Below, piece by piece: positions 45,470-56,062 of a stretch of 64,000 nucleotides of DNA. The first letter of the stretch is position 1. Every line of letters begins with the position of its first letter. The notes beneath the pieces were generated by a model, which had not been told where the DNA came from, searched no databases, and saw nothing but the letters and a program-made list of their open reading frames with translations. Source of the DNA: Faecalibacillus sp. (GTDB taxonomy: Bacteria > Bacteroidota > Bacteroidia > Bacteroidales > UBA932); assembly GCA_963604635.1 (NCBI GenBank), contig CAVCRS010000001.1, positions 9,868 through 73,867 on the forward strand, written 5' to 3'. Made by a program: the position numbers and the translations under genes.

Positions 45470-46654
45470 ATGGCGGAAGAAAGAGTGGAAAAGGCAGTTT
45501 TCGTCGGTGTGATAACACAGAGCGACGACGAGAGGAAAATCAAGGACTACCTGGATGAACTGGAGTTTCTGGCAGAGACTGCCGGAGCTGTGGGTGACCG
45601 CAAATTCATACAGAGGCTGGACAAGCCGGAGAAAGCTACCTATATAAGAAGCGGAAAACTTCAGGAGATAGCCGAATACTGCGAGGAGAATGAAATCGAA
45701 TATGTGATATTCGATGACGAACTCACAGGAATGCAGCAGAGAAACATAGAAAAGGTAATAAAGACCGCTCACGTCATAGACAGAACGAGCCTGATTCTGG
45801 AGATTTTCGCCCAGAGGGCGCAGACTTCATATGCCAAGATGCAGGTGGAACTGGCCAGATATAACTATATGCTGCCGAGGCTTGCAGGTATGTGGACCCA
45901 TCTTGAAAGACAGAGAGGCGGCGTGGGAACCAGAGGCGGTATGGGAGAGACCCAGATAGAGGTCGACAGACGTATCGTAAAAGAGCGTATAAACCGCCTT
46001 AAAGAGCAGCTTAAGAAGGTGGACAGGCAGATGGCCACCCAGAGGGGAAACCGCGGTCAAATGGTACGTCTGGCGCTTGTAGGCTATACTAACGTAGGAA
46101 AGAGCACGCTGATGAATGTGCTCGCCAAATCGGACGTAATGGCGGAAAACAAGCTCTTTGCCACTCTGGATACCACAGTGAGAAAGGTAGTTATAGAGAA
46201 TGTGCCGTTTCTTCTGAGCGACACGGTGGGATTCATACGGAAACTCCCTACGCAGCTTATCGAAGCCTTCAAGAGTACATTGGACGAAGTCCGGGAAGCG
46301 GATATTCTTGTCCACGTAGTGGACATCTCACACCCTTATTTCGAAGAGCAGATGCAGGTGGTGGAGAAGACACTCCGTGAGATCGGAGCGGGCGACAAAC
46401 CCGTCTATGTCGTTTTCAACAAGACAGATCTTTATAAATCAGAGGAATACGATATGTATTCGCTGGAGCCGAAGGGAAAGGAGCATCTTACTCTCGAAGA
46501 GCTCAAGAACAGCTGGATAGCAGATGAGAAGAGTCCCTGCATCTTCATTTCCGCGACTCAGAAAAAGGGCATAGAAAAACTCCGCAACGACCTTTACAAG
46601 ATGGTTGCGGAGATTCATGCGGGACGTTACCCCTTCAATAATTTCCTCTGGTAA
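45470..46654 (+). CDS. hflX: GTPase HflX
   Basis: IDRT.LILEIF, QVELA.Y.Y.LPRL, GETQIEVDRR, GYTNVGKS, LFATLDTT, DTVGF, NKTD. Confidence 0.96.
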   Translation: MAEERVEKAVFVGVITQSDDERKIKDYLDELEFLAETAGAVGDRKFIQRLDKPEKATYIRSGKLQEIAEYCEENEIEYVIFDDELTGMQQRNIEKVIKTAHVIDRTSLILEIFAQRAQTSYAKMQVELARYNYMLPRLAGMWTHLERQRGGVGTRGGMGETQIEVDRRIVKERINRLKEQLKKVDRQMATQRGNRGQMVRLALVGYTNVGKSTLMNVLAKSDVMAENKLFATLDTTVRKVVIENVPFLLSDTVGFIRKLPTQLIEAFKSTLDEVREADILVHVVDISHPYFEEQMQVVEKTLREIGAGDKPVYVVFNKTDLYKSEEYDMYSLEPKGKEHLTLEELKNSWIADEKSPCIFISATQKKGIEKLRNDLYKMVAEIHAGRYPFNNFLW

Positions 46655-46758
46655 ATTTGCATTCTTTTCGGCACAGATTCATTTTCTCATCAGTCATTCA
46701 GTTCGCCAAACTCCTTCTTCGAAAATAAATCTCTGCTCGAAAATCTCTGCAAATCAAA

Positions 46759-47538
46759 CTAGTCAGAGAACTTTGCCTTAAGGAACTCACGGTTCAGGCG
46801 TGCGATGTGAGATACGGAGATTCCCTTAGGGCACTCCATCTCGCAGGCGCGAGTGTTCGTACAGTTACCGAAGCCGAGTTCATCCATCTTGGCCACCATA
46901 GCCTTGGCTCTGCGCTTGGCCTCAGGACGACCCTGAGGGAGAAGTGCGAGCGAGCTGACGCGGGCGGCTACGAAGAGCATTGCAGAACCGTTCTTGCAGG
47001 TGGCGACACAGGCGCCGCAACCTACGCAGGCAGCTGCATCCATACTTTCCTCAGCACGGTCGTGAGGAATGAGTATATTGTTGCCGTCCTGGGCTGAACC
47101 GGTACGTACGGAGATGAAACCGCCGGCCTGAAGGATCTTGTCGAACGCTCCCCTGTCGACAACGAGGTCCTTGATTACAGGGAAAGCGGCGCTTCTCCAC
47201 GGCTCCACAGTGATGGTGGCACCGTCCTTGAAATGACGCATAAAGAGCTGACAGGTAGTAACGTGGCTGTCAGGACCGTGTGCGCGGCCGTCAATGAACA
47301 GCGAGCAGGCACCGCAGATACCCTCGCGGCAGTCGTGGTCGAATGAGACAGGACCGCTGCTCTGGCAACCTCTTTCGACTGCTACAGGATCACAGCCTTC
47401 ACGAATAAGCTGCTCATTCAGAATATCAAGCATTTCGAGGAAAGAAGCGTCTTCCTCAATGCCCGCGATATGATAAGTCTCGAAATGTCCCTTATCCTTG
47501 GCGTTTTTCTGACGCCATATCTTCAAATTGAATTCCAT
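46759..47538 (-). CDS. sdhB: Fumarate reductase/succinate dehydrogenase iron-sulfur subunit
   Basis: [13 protein letters not shown]...TTCQ (2Fe-2S), [23 protein letters not shown]; start [10 protein letters not shown]. Confidence 0.94.
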   Translation of the reverse strand: MEFNLKIWRQKNAKDKGHFETYHIAGIEEDASFLEMLDILNEQLIREGCDPVAVERGCQSSGPVSFDHDCREGICGACSLFIDGRAHGPDSHVTTCQLFMRHFKDGATITVEPWRSAAFPVIKDLVVDRGAFDKILQAGGFISVRTGSAQDGNNILIPHDRAEESMDAAACVGCGACVATCKNGSAMLFVAARVSSLALLPQGRPEAKRRAKAMVAKMDELGFGNCTNTRACEMECPKGISVSHIARLNREFLKAKFSD

Positions 47539-47545
47539 CTCTGTA

Positions 47546-49492
47546 TTAGTCTTTGTAGTTTCTAGTCTTAACCTCAATAAATTCGTAGTTCAGAGGCTCC
47601 TTGTGGAGTTCAGGCTCGGCATTCTCACCCTTGTACTCCCAAGCCGCTACATACATATATTCGGCATCGTTTCTCTTGGCCTCGCCGTCCTCGGTCTGGC
47701 TTTCGATACGGAAGTGACCTCCGCAGGACTCGTTTCTGTTAAGAGCGTCACGGGCCATAAGTTCACCGATTTCAAAGAAATCCTCGAGACGCAGTGCCTT
47801 TTCGAGCTCCTGGTTGAACTCGAACTGAGTTCCCGGAACCTTTACATTCTGATAGAATTCCTTCTTCAGGTCCTTGATCTTCTGGATGGCAGTCTTGAGG
47901 CCTTCAGCGTCGCGGGCCATTCCGACATACTCCCACATAATGTTTCCGAGTCTCTTGTGAATAGAATCCACAGTCTCTTTGCCGTTGATGGAGAAGAGTT
48001 TGTCGATACGTGCCTGTACGGCCTTCTCGGCATCGTCGAACTCCTTGACGTCAGTCTTCTGCTTAGGCTCGGCGAACTTGTGCGAGAGATAGTCGTTTAT
48101 TGTGACAGGAACTACGAAATATCCGTCTGCAAGACCCTGCATAAGGGCTGATGCACCGAGACGGTTTCCGCCGTGGTCGGAGAAATTGGCCTCACCGATG
48201 GCGTAAAGTCCAGGGATGGTGGTCTGGAGATCATAGTCAACCCAGATACCGCCCATAGTGTAGTGGATGGCAGGATAGATCATCATAGGCTCCTCCCACG
48301 GGGAAGAAGCGGTGATCTTCTCGTACATATCGAAGAGGTTTCCGTAACGCTCGGCAACTCTCTTCCTGCCCAGGCGGGCGATAGCCTCCGAGAAGTCGAG
48401 GAACACGGCCTTTCCGGTCTCGTTAACGCCGTAACCTGCGTCACATCTCTCCTTTGCGGCACGTGAAGCCACGTCGCGAGGCACGAGGTTACCGAATGCA
48501 GGATATCTGCGCTCGAGATAGTAATCGCGGTCCTCTTCAGGAATCTGTGAAGGCTTGATGGTATGTGCGCGGAGCTTCTTTACATCCTCCATCTTCTTAG
48601 GAACCCAGATGCGGCCGTCATTGCGCAGGGACTCGGACATAAGGGTGAGCTTGCACTGCTGGTCACCGTGTACAGGGATACAGGTAGGATGGATCTGAGC
48701 GAAGCAAGGATTTGCGAAATATGCGCCCTTCTTGTAGCACTGCCAGGCTGCTGAACCGTTGCTGTTCATTGCGTTGGTGGAAAGGAAATAGGTATTTCCG
48801 TAACCGCCGGTGGCAATGATGACTGCGTGGGCACCGAATCTTTCGAGCTTTCCGGTTACGAGATTGCGGGCGATGATACCCTTAGCCTCACCGTTGACTA
48901 CCACGAGGTCAAGCATTTCGTGACGTGGATAGCTGGTGACGGTACCTGCTGCAATCTGACGGTTCAGGGCAGCGTAAGCTCCGAGGAGAAGCTGCTGACC
49001 GGTTTGTCCGCGGGCGTAGAATGTACGGCTTACCTGTACACCTCCGAATGAACGGTTTGCGAGGTAACCGCCGTATTCACGGGCGAAAGGAATACCCTGT
49101 GCAACGCACTGGTCAATAATCTGGGCACTTACTTCAGCCAGACGGTAAACGTTAGCCTCGCGTGCACGGTAGTCGCCTCCCTTGATGGTATCATAGAAAA
49201 GACGGTAAACTGAATCATTGTCGTTCTGATAGTTCTTCGCAGCATTGATACCGCCCTGTGCGGCGATGGAGTGCGCACGGCGAGGTGTATCACTGATACA
49301 GAAGACTTTAACATTGTATCCGAGCTCTCCGAGAGTTGCAGCTGCGGATGCACCGCCAAGTCCGGTACCTACTACGATGATCTCGAGTTTCCTCTTATTG
49401 TTAGGACTGACAAGATGAATTTCTGACTTGCGCTTGGTCCATTTTTCGGCAAGCGGTCCGGCAGGAATTTTGGAATTTAATTTATCGGCCAT
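47546..49492 (-). CDS. sdhA: Fumarate reductase/succinate dehydrogenase flavoprotein subunit
   Basis: [18 protein letters not shown] (FAD His), [34 protein letters not shown]; start [10 protein letters not shown]. Confidence 0.95.
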   Translation of the reverse strand: MADKLNSKIPAGPLAEKWTKRKSEIHLVSPNNKRKLEIIVVGTGLGGASAAATLGELGYNVKVFCISDTPRRAHSIAAQGGINAAKNYQNDNDSVYRLFYDTIKGGDYRAREANVYRLAEVSAQIIDQCVAQGIPFAREYGGYLANRSFGGVQVSRTFYARGQTGQQLLLGAYAALNRQIAAGTVTSYPRHEMLDLVVVNGEAKGIIARNLVTGKLERFGAHAVIIATGGYGNTYFLSTNAMNSNGSAAWQCYKKGAYFANPCFAQIHPTCIPVHGDQQCKLTLMSESLRNDGRIWVPKKMEDVKKLRAHTIKPSQIPEEDRDYYLERRYPAFGNLVPRDVASRAAKERCDAGYGVNETGKAVFLDFSEAIARLGRKRVAERYGNLFDMYEKITASSPWEEPMMIYPAIHYTMGGIWVDYDLQTTIPGLYAIGEANFSDHGGNRLGASALMQGLADGYFVVPVTINDYLSHKFAEPKQKTDVKEFDDAEKAVQARIDKLFSINGKETVDSIHKRLGNIMWEYVGMARDAEGLKTAIQKIKDLKKEFYQNVKVPGTQFEFNQELEKALRLEDFFEIGELMARDALNRNESCGGHFRIESQTEDGEAKRNDAEYMYVAAWEYKGENAEPELHKEPLNYEFIEVKTRNYKD

Positions 49493-49515
49493 TTTATAGT
49501 TGTTATGATTGAATT

Positions 49516-49523
49516 CAAAATTA
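49516..49523 (-). promoter_or_regulatory. -7 promoter box directly upstream of sdhA/frdA
   Basis: Minus strand TAATTTTG about 23 nt before the ATG. Confidence 0.55.
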
Positions 49524-49572
49524 TCCGCAATTTTAGTCATTTTTAATGAAACGACCAATTCAAACTGCTGAA

Positions 49573-50817
49573 TTATAACAGAAATGCGCTGAAACAGCTC
49601 TTATAGACATCAAAGTAAGTCTCTGTGAGAGCAGCATATCCGTCATAAAATTCAGAATCCGAAATTTCAGAGTTCAGCCAGCGGCGGTACAGGGCATAGA
49701 AAGAGGAATCTATTTTCTTTTCAGCGGCATTGCAGCAGGAAAGCAGAGACGGCTTCTCCCCCACCCCTTTCAGAATGTTGTCCAGACGCAGATACTTCTC
49801 GCCGCTGCTAACCTTGAATGTGAACACATAATCAGATTTAATCTTCAGTGCGAGGCTGCAGAGATCGGAGTTAACGCTTGATTCTGACTTCTTTATGCAG
49901 GAAGGAAGCCTGTCGGAGTCCGTAACCATCACAGGAAGCGCGACGCTGCAGGCCGGGTAGCCCAGAACAGTCCACATAACGGCGTGCGCAGGATTCTCTC
50001 CGGACGCGACACCCTCGAACACGATGGCTGCCGAAGTCGAGATGCGCGGAATGAAATCCTGGTCGATTCCCACACCGGTGAAGGAAGTCTTGCGTTTGAG
50101 CGTTTTCCAGTCCTTAGCGAAATCAAAACCTGTCAGAGAATGACGGTAGGAGCGCGAAAGGGAGTTAAACAAATCATTATGATTCAAGCCGTTCCACTCT
50201 TTTCCCGAAGAGCGCAGCTCCGACATCACATCGCTCGCGGTCAGATAGCGCTCGTAACCTCTCACATCCTCCTGACGCCCGCGCGTCGAGAAGTTCGTCA
50301 CGACCCGATAGCCCGTCTCCGATTCATTTACGTCGTACTTGACCCAGGAAGTGTTGTCCACTTCATAGTATGCAGCTCCGCCGAAAGCGTCGATGACTCC
50401 GAAGTTAGTCTGAACTCCCATTGGACGCGCCAGCGCGTCCAATAGCAACTCAAAGTCTTTCAGCGTCTTGCACTCCCCCAGCGCGCGGTACATCACCTGC
50501 CCCTCGCGGCTCATTTGGGAACGTGGAACGTCATCGTACTTCATATTGTACGAAGCTGTATTGATGATCGCGAAGCCGGCTTCGTTCAGTCCGCTCCAGA
50601 CCTCTCCCCCTTCGGACGGAGAATCCACGAGGCCCGTGAATGCGTAGAGGGGACCGCGGAAATACTCGACCCTGTTATTCATCTCATCGGTGTCACGATT
50701 TTTAATCATCAGCGGACGGCCGTCGGAAGTGGCTCTTCCTGAAATAATTACTGATGTGCAGCAGAACGATGGAACTGCGCACAGCAGAAGCAGAATGGTA
50801 AAAAACAATTTCTTCAT
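49573..50817 (-). CDS. Secreted Ntn-hydrolase (C45/C69-like; carcinine hydrolase/isopenicillin-N acyltransferase family)
   Basis: Signal peptide exposing N-terminal [43 protein letters not shown]. Confidence 0.8.
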   Translation of the reverse strand: MKKLFFTILLLLCAVPSFCCTSVIISGRATSDGRPLMIKNRDTDEMNNRVEYFRGPLYAFTGLVDSPSEGGEVWSGLNEAGFAIINTASYNMKYDDVPRSQMSREGQVMYRALGECKTLKDFELLLDALARPMGVQTNFGVIDAFGGAAYYEVDNTSWVKYDVNESETGYRVVTNFSTRGRQEDVRGYERYLTASDVMSELRSSGKEWNGLNHNDLFNSLSRSYRHSLTGFDFAKDWKTLKRKTSFTGVGIDQDFIPRISTSAAIVFEGVASGENPAHAVMWTVLGYPACSVALPVMVTDSDRLPSCIKKSESSVNSDLCSLALKIKSDYVFTFKVSSGEKYLRLDNILKGVGEKPSLLSCCNAAEKKIDSSFYALYRRWLNSEISDSEFYDGYAALTETYFDVYKSCFSAFLL

Positions 50818-50818
50818 A

Positions 50819-51856
50819 TTAACCGAATAATGTATCTTCCTTGCCGCGGCGGTTTTCCTCCAGATACTGGTCGAGACCCAGATGCCTGTAGGCGAGTTCT
50901 GTAGCTATGCGCCCCCTCTGGGTGCGGACGATGAAACCTTCCTTTATGAGATACGGCTCATATACTTCCTCGAAGGTCCCCTGGTCCTCGCTGATGGATG
51001 TCGCGATGGTGCTCGCGCCCACCGGGCCGCCCTTGAAATTGGTGATGATGGTGCGCAGGATCTTATTGTCTATGGAATCGAGTCCGCGGGTGTCGATTTT
51101 GAGCTTGTCGAGAGCGTATTTGGTGATTTCCAGATTGATATGACCGTCTCCCATCACCTGGGCGAAGTCACGGACGCGCTTGAGGAGAGCGTTCGCGATA
51201 CGCGGCGTGCCACGGCTTCGCATCGCTATCTCCTTTGCTGCCTCGCTGTCGACGGTTACCTTAAGTATATATGCGCTTCTGCGGACTATCTTCACGAGCT
51301 CGGCGGTATCGTAGTATTCCAGCGCGCAGGTGATGCCGAAACGCTCCCGAAGCGGAGCTGTGAGAAGTCCGCTTCTGGTGGTCGCGCCCACGAGAGTGAA
51401 CGGATTCAGGCTGATGCGGACCGACCTGGCTCCCGGACCCTTGTCTATCATTATATCTATTACATAATCCTCCATAGCCGAGTAGAGATACTCCTCGACT
51501 TCCGGCGAGAGGCGGTGGATTTCATCGATGAAGAGCACATCCCCCTTCTCCAGGGAGGTCAGAAGTCCGGCCAGATCGCCCGGCTTGTCTAGAACCGGTC
51601 CCGAAGTGATTTTCATATTCACCCCCATCTCATTCGCGATGATATGCGCCAGGGTGGTCTTTCCCAGACCCGGAGGGCCGTGGAAGAGAGTGTGGTCGAG
51701 AGCTTCGCCGCGGAGTTTCGCCGCTTTTATGTAAACGCTCAGATTTGAGACGATTTCCTTCTGGCCCGTGAAATCTTCGAGTTCCTGCGGCCTGATTATT
51801 CCGTCTAATTCCTTATCTTTGCTTCCGCTTGTACTGCGGGGATCGAATTCGGTCAT
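50819..51856 (-). CDS. ruvB: Holliday junction branch migration helicase RuvB
   Basis: [51 protein letters not shown]...RT.RGR. Confidence 0.97.
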   Translation of the reverse strand: MTEFDPRSTSGSKDKELDGIIRPQELEDFTGQKEIVSNLSVYIKAAKLRGEALDHTLFHGPPGLGKTTLAHIIANEMGVNMKITSGPVLDKPGDLAGLLTSLEKGDVLFIDEIHRLSPEVEEYLYSAMEDYVIDIMIDKGPGARSVRISLNPFTLVGATTRSGLLTAPLRERFGITCALEYYDTAELVKIVRRSAYILKVTVDSEAAKEIAMRSRGTPRIANALLKRVRDFAQVMGDGHINLEITKYALDKLKIDTRGLDSIDNKILRTIITNFKGGPVGASTIATSISEDQGTFEEVYEPYLIKEGFIVRTQRGRIATELAYRHLGLDQYLEENRRGKEDTLFG

Positions 51857-51859
51857 AAC

Positions 51860-52125
51860 GCTGTCGTGTATTTCGAATACAAATATAAGTTTTTTATTTT
51901 TAAAGTCTGTTTATAGTTATTCGGCTGTTAAATTGTTAATAACTCACTGAACATTCTGATTAAGAGAGATTTAAGAATTAATAAAAATGTTGAAAACCCT
52001 GTTGACGGACTTTTGATGAACTGTGGAAAAGTTCCGCTCCGATTTTTTTAACAATCCGGCGGCGGGTTATCAACAGGTTTATGAACAGTTTTTCACATAT
52101 TTTTCAGACAAAATGTTGATAAGTT
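51860..52125. other. Probable chromosomal replication origin (oriC)
   Basis: AT-rich gap with DnaA-box-like 9-mers at 51934, 51988, 52000, 52022, 52045, 52067, 52079, 52089 and 52114; nearby parS sites and mnmG; gene orientation diverges here. Confidence 0.75.
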
Positions 52126-55100
52126 CGTTATCCTGCGAAAATCTCAAGACAAAATTAAGGGAACATTCTGACATATACTGTACCGGGCTGTATCTGTCCG
52201 CCCGGTGGATGGTGCTGTCACAGGCCGTCTCGAAAGGGGTCCAGTTCATAGTTCTTCCCGACAAGGATAACGCAGAGTACTGTGCGGCAGACCTTTACAA
52301 TCTTCTGGAAGGGGATGTGGTGTTCTATCTGCCTTCCTCGGGGAAGGGGATAGAGAGGAGCAACTACAAATCGACCCTCGGAGTCCAGAGAACTGCCGCC
52401 ATAGAGAAAATCATCTCCCACGACCCGTCTTCGCTCCTTGTGATAGTGACTTATCCCGAAGCTGTGGAGGAGGGGATACCTTCCAGGGAGAATATAGCCT
52501 CATCCATTCTCACTCTGAAAAAAGGAGATGAAATATCTTATGACGATATTCTCAACACCCTGGGTTCCAGGGGGTTCGAGAAAGTGGATTTCGTCTCGGC
52601 GCCGGGACAGTTCGCTCTGAGGGGATCGGTTGTCGATATATTCTCATACTCTTCCAGCGACCCTTACCGTTTCTCTCTCTGGGGCAACGAGATAGAGGAA
52701 ATCCACATTTTCGACTGCAATACACAGCTGTCCAAAGACACTCTCGAAAAGGCCGAAATCGTATCTTCTGTCGTGTCGGAAGGGGAGTCCGAGATGTCCG
52801 TCGCGGGAATACTCCCGGCGGATACCGACATTTGGCTCGATTCCTCGGATATGTATTCCCACAGGGATTTCTTCGGTGAATATTCATCCTTCCGCAGGAT
52901 TTTCCTCGAGATGCCGATTTCCTCCCCGGTGGAGGATCCCGTAAGATTCAGCATCGCCCCGCAGCCGGTTTTCAACAAGAACTTCGACCTGCTCTCCACG
53001 GACATCCGCGCCAAGATCGAGCAGGGCTTCCGAGTCCTTATCTACGGCGAGAAGGAATCCCAGCTGGAAAGGCTCAAAAGCATTTTGTATCAGAGCGGTT
53101 CGCTGATGCCTGAGTTTGTCGTGGGCAAGAACCTGCACAGCGGATTCATAGACAGCGAGAACAAGGTCTGCTGCTACACCGACCACGAAATATTCAACCG
53201 CTACCATCGCGTCAGCATAAGGCGGAGCGTCGACAAGAGCGAGCAGTTGACATTGAACGAGCTCAGCTCGTTCAATATAGGAGATTACGTCGTGCATATC
53301 GACCACGGTGTGGGAGTGTTCGGCGGGCTTGTGCGTATGCGTGACGAGCACGACCGCGTGCGCGAAGTGGTCAAACTTGTCTATAAGGACAATGATGTCG
53401 TGTTCGTGAGCGTGCATTCGCTGAACAAGATCTCCCGCTATCGCTCTAAGGATGGCGAGGTTCCGAAGATAAACAAACTGGGCTCGAAGGCCTGGTCGAA
53501 TCTGAAGAGCAGCGCCAAGTCGAAGGTGAAGGATATCGCGAAGGACCTTATCCAGCTCTATGCCAAGCGGAAAGCCTCGAAGGGTTTCGCCTTTTCTGCC
53601 GACACTTATATGCAGGAGGAACTCGAATCGTCATTTATGTACGAGGATACTCCGGATCAGGAAGCCGCTACGCGCGCGGTTAAGATGGATATGGAGGACA
53701 ACTGCCCGATGGACCGCCTTGTCTGCGGTGACGTGGGCTTCGGCAAGACGGAAATTGCTATCCGTGCGGCATTCAAGGCTGTCGCCGACGGCAAGCAGGT
53801 GGCCGTGCTGGTGCCTACTACGATCCTCGCACTGCAGCATTACAACACCTTCACCGCCCGGCTCAAAGATTTCCCCTGCACTATAGATTATGTCAGCCGC
53901 CTGAGAACCGCAAAGGAGATAAAACAGATTCAGGAAGATCTGGCTTCCGGCAGGACGGAAATAGTCATAGGTACGCACAAGATACTCGGAAATGGCTTTA
54001 ATTTCAAGGACTTGGGCCTGCTTATCATAGACGAGGAGCAGAAGTTCGGAGTGGCGGCAAAGGAGAAGCTGCGCCAGATGAAGATGTCTGTCGATACCCT
54101 TACCCTGACGGCTACGCCGATTCCGCGAACCCTGCAGTTCTCGCTTCTCGGAGCGCGCGACCTTTCCATAATCAGCACCCCTCCGCCGAACAGGATTCCG
54201 GTGCAGACTGAAATCGTCCTTTTCGATGAAAAGGAAGTCAAAGGCATCATAAACTACGAGCTTAACAGGGGAGGGCAGGTCTTTTTCCTGCATAACCGCG
54301 TGGAGGAACTGCAGTCCATATACGATATCCTGCACCGCCTGGTGCCGGACGCCAGGATCTGCATCACCCACGGAAGGATGGAAGCGGGGATTCTGGAGAA
54401 GAGAATGCTCGAATTCATACGTGGGGATTATGACATATTGCTGAGTACCACCATCATAGAGAATGGTCTGGACATCCCGAATGCGAACACGATAATCATT
54501 AATCAGGCGCAGAACATAGGTCTGAGCGACCTTCATCAGCTGCGCGGAAGAGTGGGGCGCTCGAACAGGAAAGCCTTCTGCTACCTTATCGTGCCGCCGT
54601 TGGTTTCCATTTCCGACGATGCCCGCCGCAGGCTCAAGGCCATAGAGGAGTTTTCAGACCTGGGCAGCGGCTTCAACATAGCCATGCAGGATCTGGACAT
54701 CCGCGGAGCGGGCAATCTGCTGGGAGCGGAGCAGAGCGGTTTCATTATGGATATGGGCTATGAAACTTATCAGAAGGTCATCTCGGAAGCTCTTGAGGAA
54801 CTGGGAGTTGAGGCCGGTCTGAGCAATGTGGCCACCAGGAATTCCCTTGTGGATGAATGTACCATAGAGACTGACCGGCCTGCGATGATTCCGGATGACT
54901 ACATCGATGTGCAGGCTGAAAAGATACGTATCTACAAGCAGCTGGATTCTATGGTAAGCGACAAGGAGATCGACCGCTTCTACAAACAGATAGAAGACCG
55001 TTTCGGAAGGATTCCTCAGGAACTGAAGAATCTGTTCTGCGTGGTCCGGCTCCGCAATCTCGGAGGTTCGCTGGGCTTCGAGAAGATTATATTCAAGAAC

Positions 55101-55292
55101 TCCCTGTTTATACTGTTCTTTATAAATAATTCTCAGTCAAATTATTATAAATCCGATACATTCAGCAGGATACTCTCGCGGCTTGCCGATGTGCCGAAGT
55201 TTGAAATGAAGCAGACGGACAAACTGAAACTGGTCGCCAGAGGAGTGGAAAGTCTCGATAATGCCCTCGAATTGTTGAGAAAATTGAGATAA
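52113..55292 (+). CDS. mfd: Transcription-repair coupling factor
   Basis: GDYVVHIDHGVG, MDRLVCGDVGFGKTE, IIDEEQKFG, TATPIPRTL, QLRGRVGRS, DLDIRGAGNLLG; ATG 52113 preferred because GTG 52023 lies within the DnaA-box cluster. Confidence 0.96.
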   Translation: MLISSLSCENLKTKLREHSDIYCTGLYLSARWMVLSQAVSKGVQFIVLPDKDNAEYCAADLYNLLEGDVVFYLPSSGKGIERSNYKSTLGVQRTAAIEKIISHDPSSLLVIVTYPEAVEEGIPSRENIASSILTLKKGDEISYDDILNTLGSRGFEKVDFVSAPGQFALRGSVVDIFSYSSSDPYRFSLWGNEIEEIHIFDCNTQLSKDTLEKAEIVSSVVSEGESEMSVAGILPADTDIWLDSSDMYSHRDFFGEYSSFRRIFLEMPISSPVEDPVRFSIAPQPVFNKNFDLLSTDIRAKIEQGFRVLIYGEKESQLERLKSILYQSGSLMPEFVVGKNLHSGFIDSENKVCCYTDHEIFNRYHRVSIRRSVDKSEQLTLNELSSFNIGDYVVHIDHGVGVFGGLVRMRDEHDRVREVVKLVYKDNDVVFVSVHSLNKISRYRSKDGEVPKINKLGSKAWSNLKSSAKSKVKDIAKDLIQLYAKRKASKGFAFSADTYMQEELESSFMYEDTPDQEAATRAVKMDMEDNCPMDRLVCGDVGFGKTEIAIRAAFKAVADGKQVAVLVPTTILALQHYNTFTARLKDFPCTIDYVSRLRTAKEIKQIQEDLASGRTEIVIGTHKILGNGFNFKDLGLLIIDEEQKFGVAAKEKLRQMKMSVDTLTLTATPIPRTLQFSLLGARDLSIISTPPPNRIPVQTEIVLFDEKEVKGIINYELNRGGQVFFLHNRVEELQSIYDILHRLVPDARICITHGRMEAGILEKRMLEFIRGDYDILLSTTIIENGLDIPNANTIIINQAQNIGLSDLHQLRGRVGRSNRKAFCYLIVPPLVSISDDARRRLKAIEEFSDLGSGFNIAMQDLDIRGAGNLLGAEQSGFIMDMGYETYQKVISEALEELGVEAGLSNVATRNSLVDECTIETDRPAMIPDDYIDVQAEKIRIYKQLDSMVSDKEIDRFYKQIEDRFGRIPQELKNLFCVVRLRNLGGSLGFEKIIFKNSLFILFFINNSQSNYYKSDTFSRILSRLADVPKFEMKQTDKLKLVARGVESLDNALELLRKLR

Positions 55293-55330
55293 TTTCATAT
55301 ATTTGCCACCCTTTGTGTTTTTTTGGACAA

Positions 55331-56062
55331 ATGGCGAATCTGCTTATAGAAATAGGCAATACGGCTCTGAAGGCGGCCTGGGCTGACGGACAGACACTGG
55401 GCAGGACTTTCCGCTATCAGGGCGAGAAGAAAATCGAGTTCATCCTTTCCCTTATGGAAAAGGAGAAGCCCGGCGTCCTCTGCATATCTTCGGTTTATGA
55501 CATTTCCGGTTATGAAGAGTCGCTTCTGAAGCAGGCTTGTCCGCAGTTCATCCTGCTGGATCCGTCGCATTCGGGAAGTTTCCTTTCGGAGCACGCTCTT
55601 CCTGACTATCTCACCTGCGACCGTGCCGCCGGGATACTGGCCGTAAAACATCTTTTTCCGGGGAAGGGATGCACCCTTATGGATTTCGGAACTACTCTGA
55701 CGGTCGATTTCATCTCTGCATCCGGAGAATATCTGGGCGGCAACGTCTCGCTCGGATGCCGGACCAGATTCAAGGCGCTCAACAGATATTCCAAAGCTCT
55801 TCCGCTGGTGGACACCCCGTCTGAAATTTCTTCCAGGGGACACTCCACGGTCTCGTCCATCGAGAGCGGAATTATTTCAGGCATAATGTTTGAAATACAG
55901 GGCTACATCGATTCAAACACAGAGAATGTTACCATATTTACGGGTGGTGACGCTATTTATTTTGCAAAGAGAATGAAAAATCCCATCTTTGTGGTTTGTA
56001 ATCTTGTAATGATGGGATTAGCGATTTTAACGGACGATTATGTCAGGAAGAACATTCAGTAG
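55331..56062 (+). CDS. coaX: Type III pantothenate kinase
   Basis: LIEIGNT.LK, CDR, MDFGT.LT.D, YLGG, IFTGGDA, LVM.GL; -7 box TATATTTG at ~55298. Confidence 0.85.
   Translation: MANLLIEIGNTALKAAWADGQTLGRTFRYQGEKKIEFILSLMEKEKPGVLCISSVYDISGYEESLLKQACPQFILLDPSHSGSFLSEHALPDYLTCDRAAGILAVKHLFPGKGCTLMDFGTTLTVDFISASGEYLGGNVSLGCRTRFKALNRYSKALPLVDTPSEISSRGHSTVSSIESGIISGIMFEIQGYIDSNTENVTIFTGGDAIYFAKRMKNPIFVVCNLVMMGLAILTDDYVRKNIQ

Noticed and set aside
50514..50530. Third parS site (ACGTGGAAC)
   Set aside because: Only a half-site matches; the other arm is not palindromic
41124..51856. ruvA and ruvB separated by ~9 kb
   Set aside because: Unlinked ruvA and ruvB are common in Bacteroidetes
52023..52112. 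N-terminal extension of Mfd from GTG 52023 (similar extensions on dnaE, glyQS, sufS, sdhA, sdhB, coaX, the kinase and the esterase)
   Set aside because: The extensions run through promoter boxes, intergenic DNA or the DnaA-box cluster; downstream ATGs match family N-termini
55331..55370. CoaX first motif EIGNT instead of DxGNT
   Set aside because: Conservative Asp-to-Glu change with the other motifs (DR, DFGT, TGG) retained; not enough to call altered function
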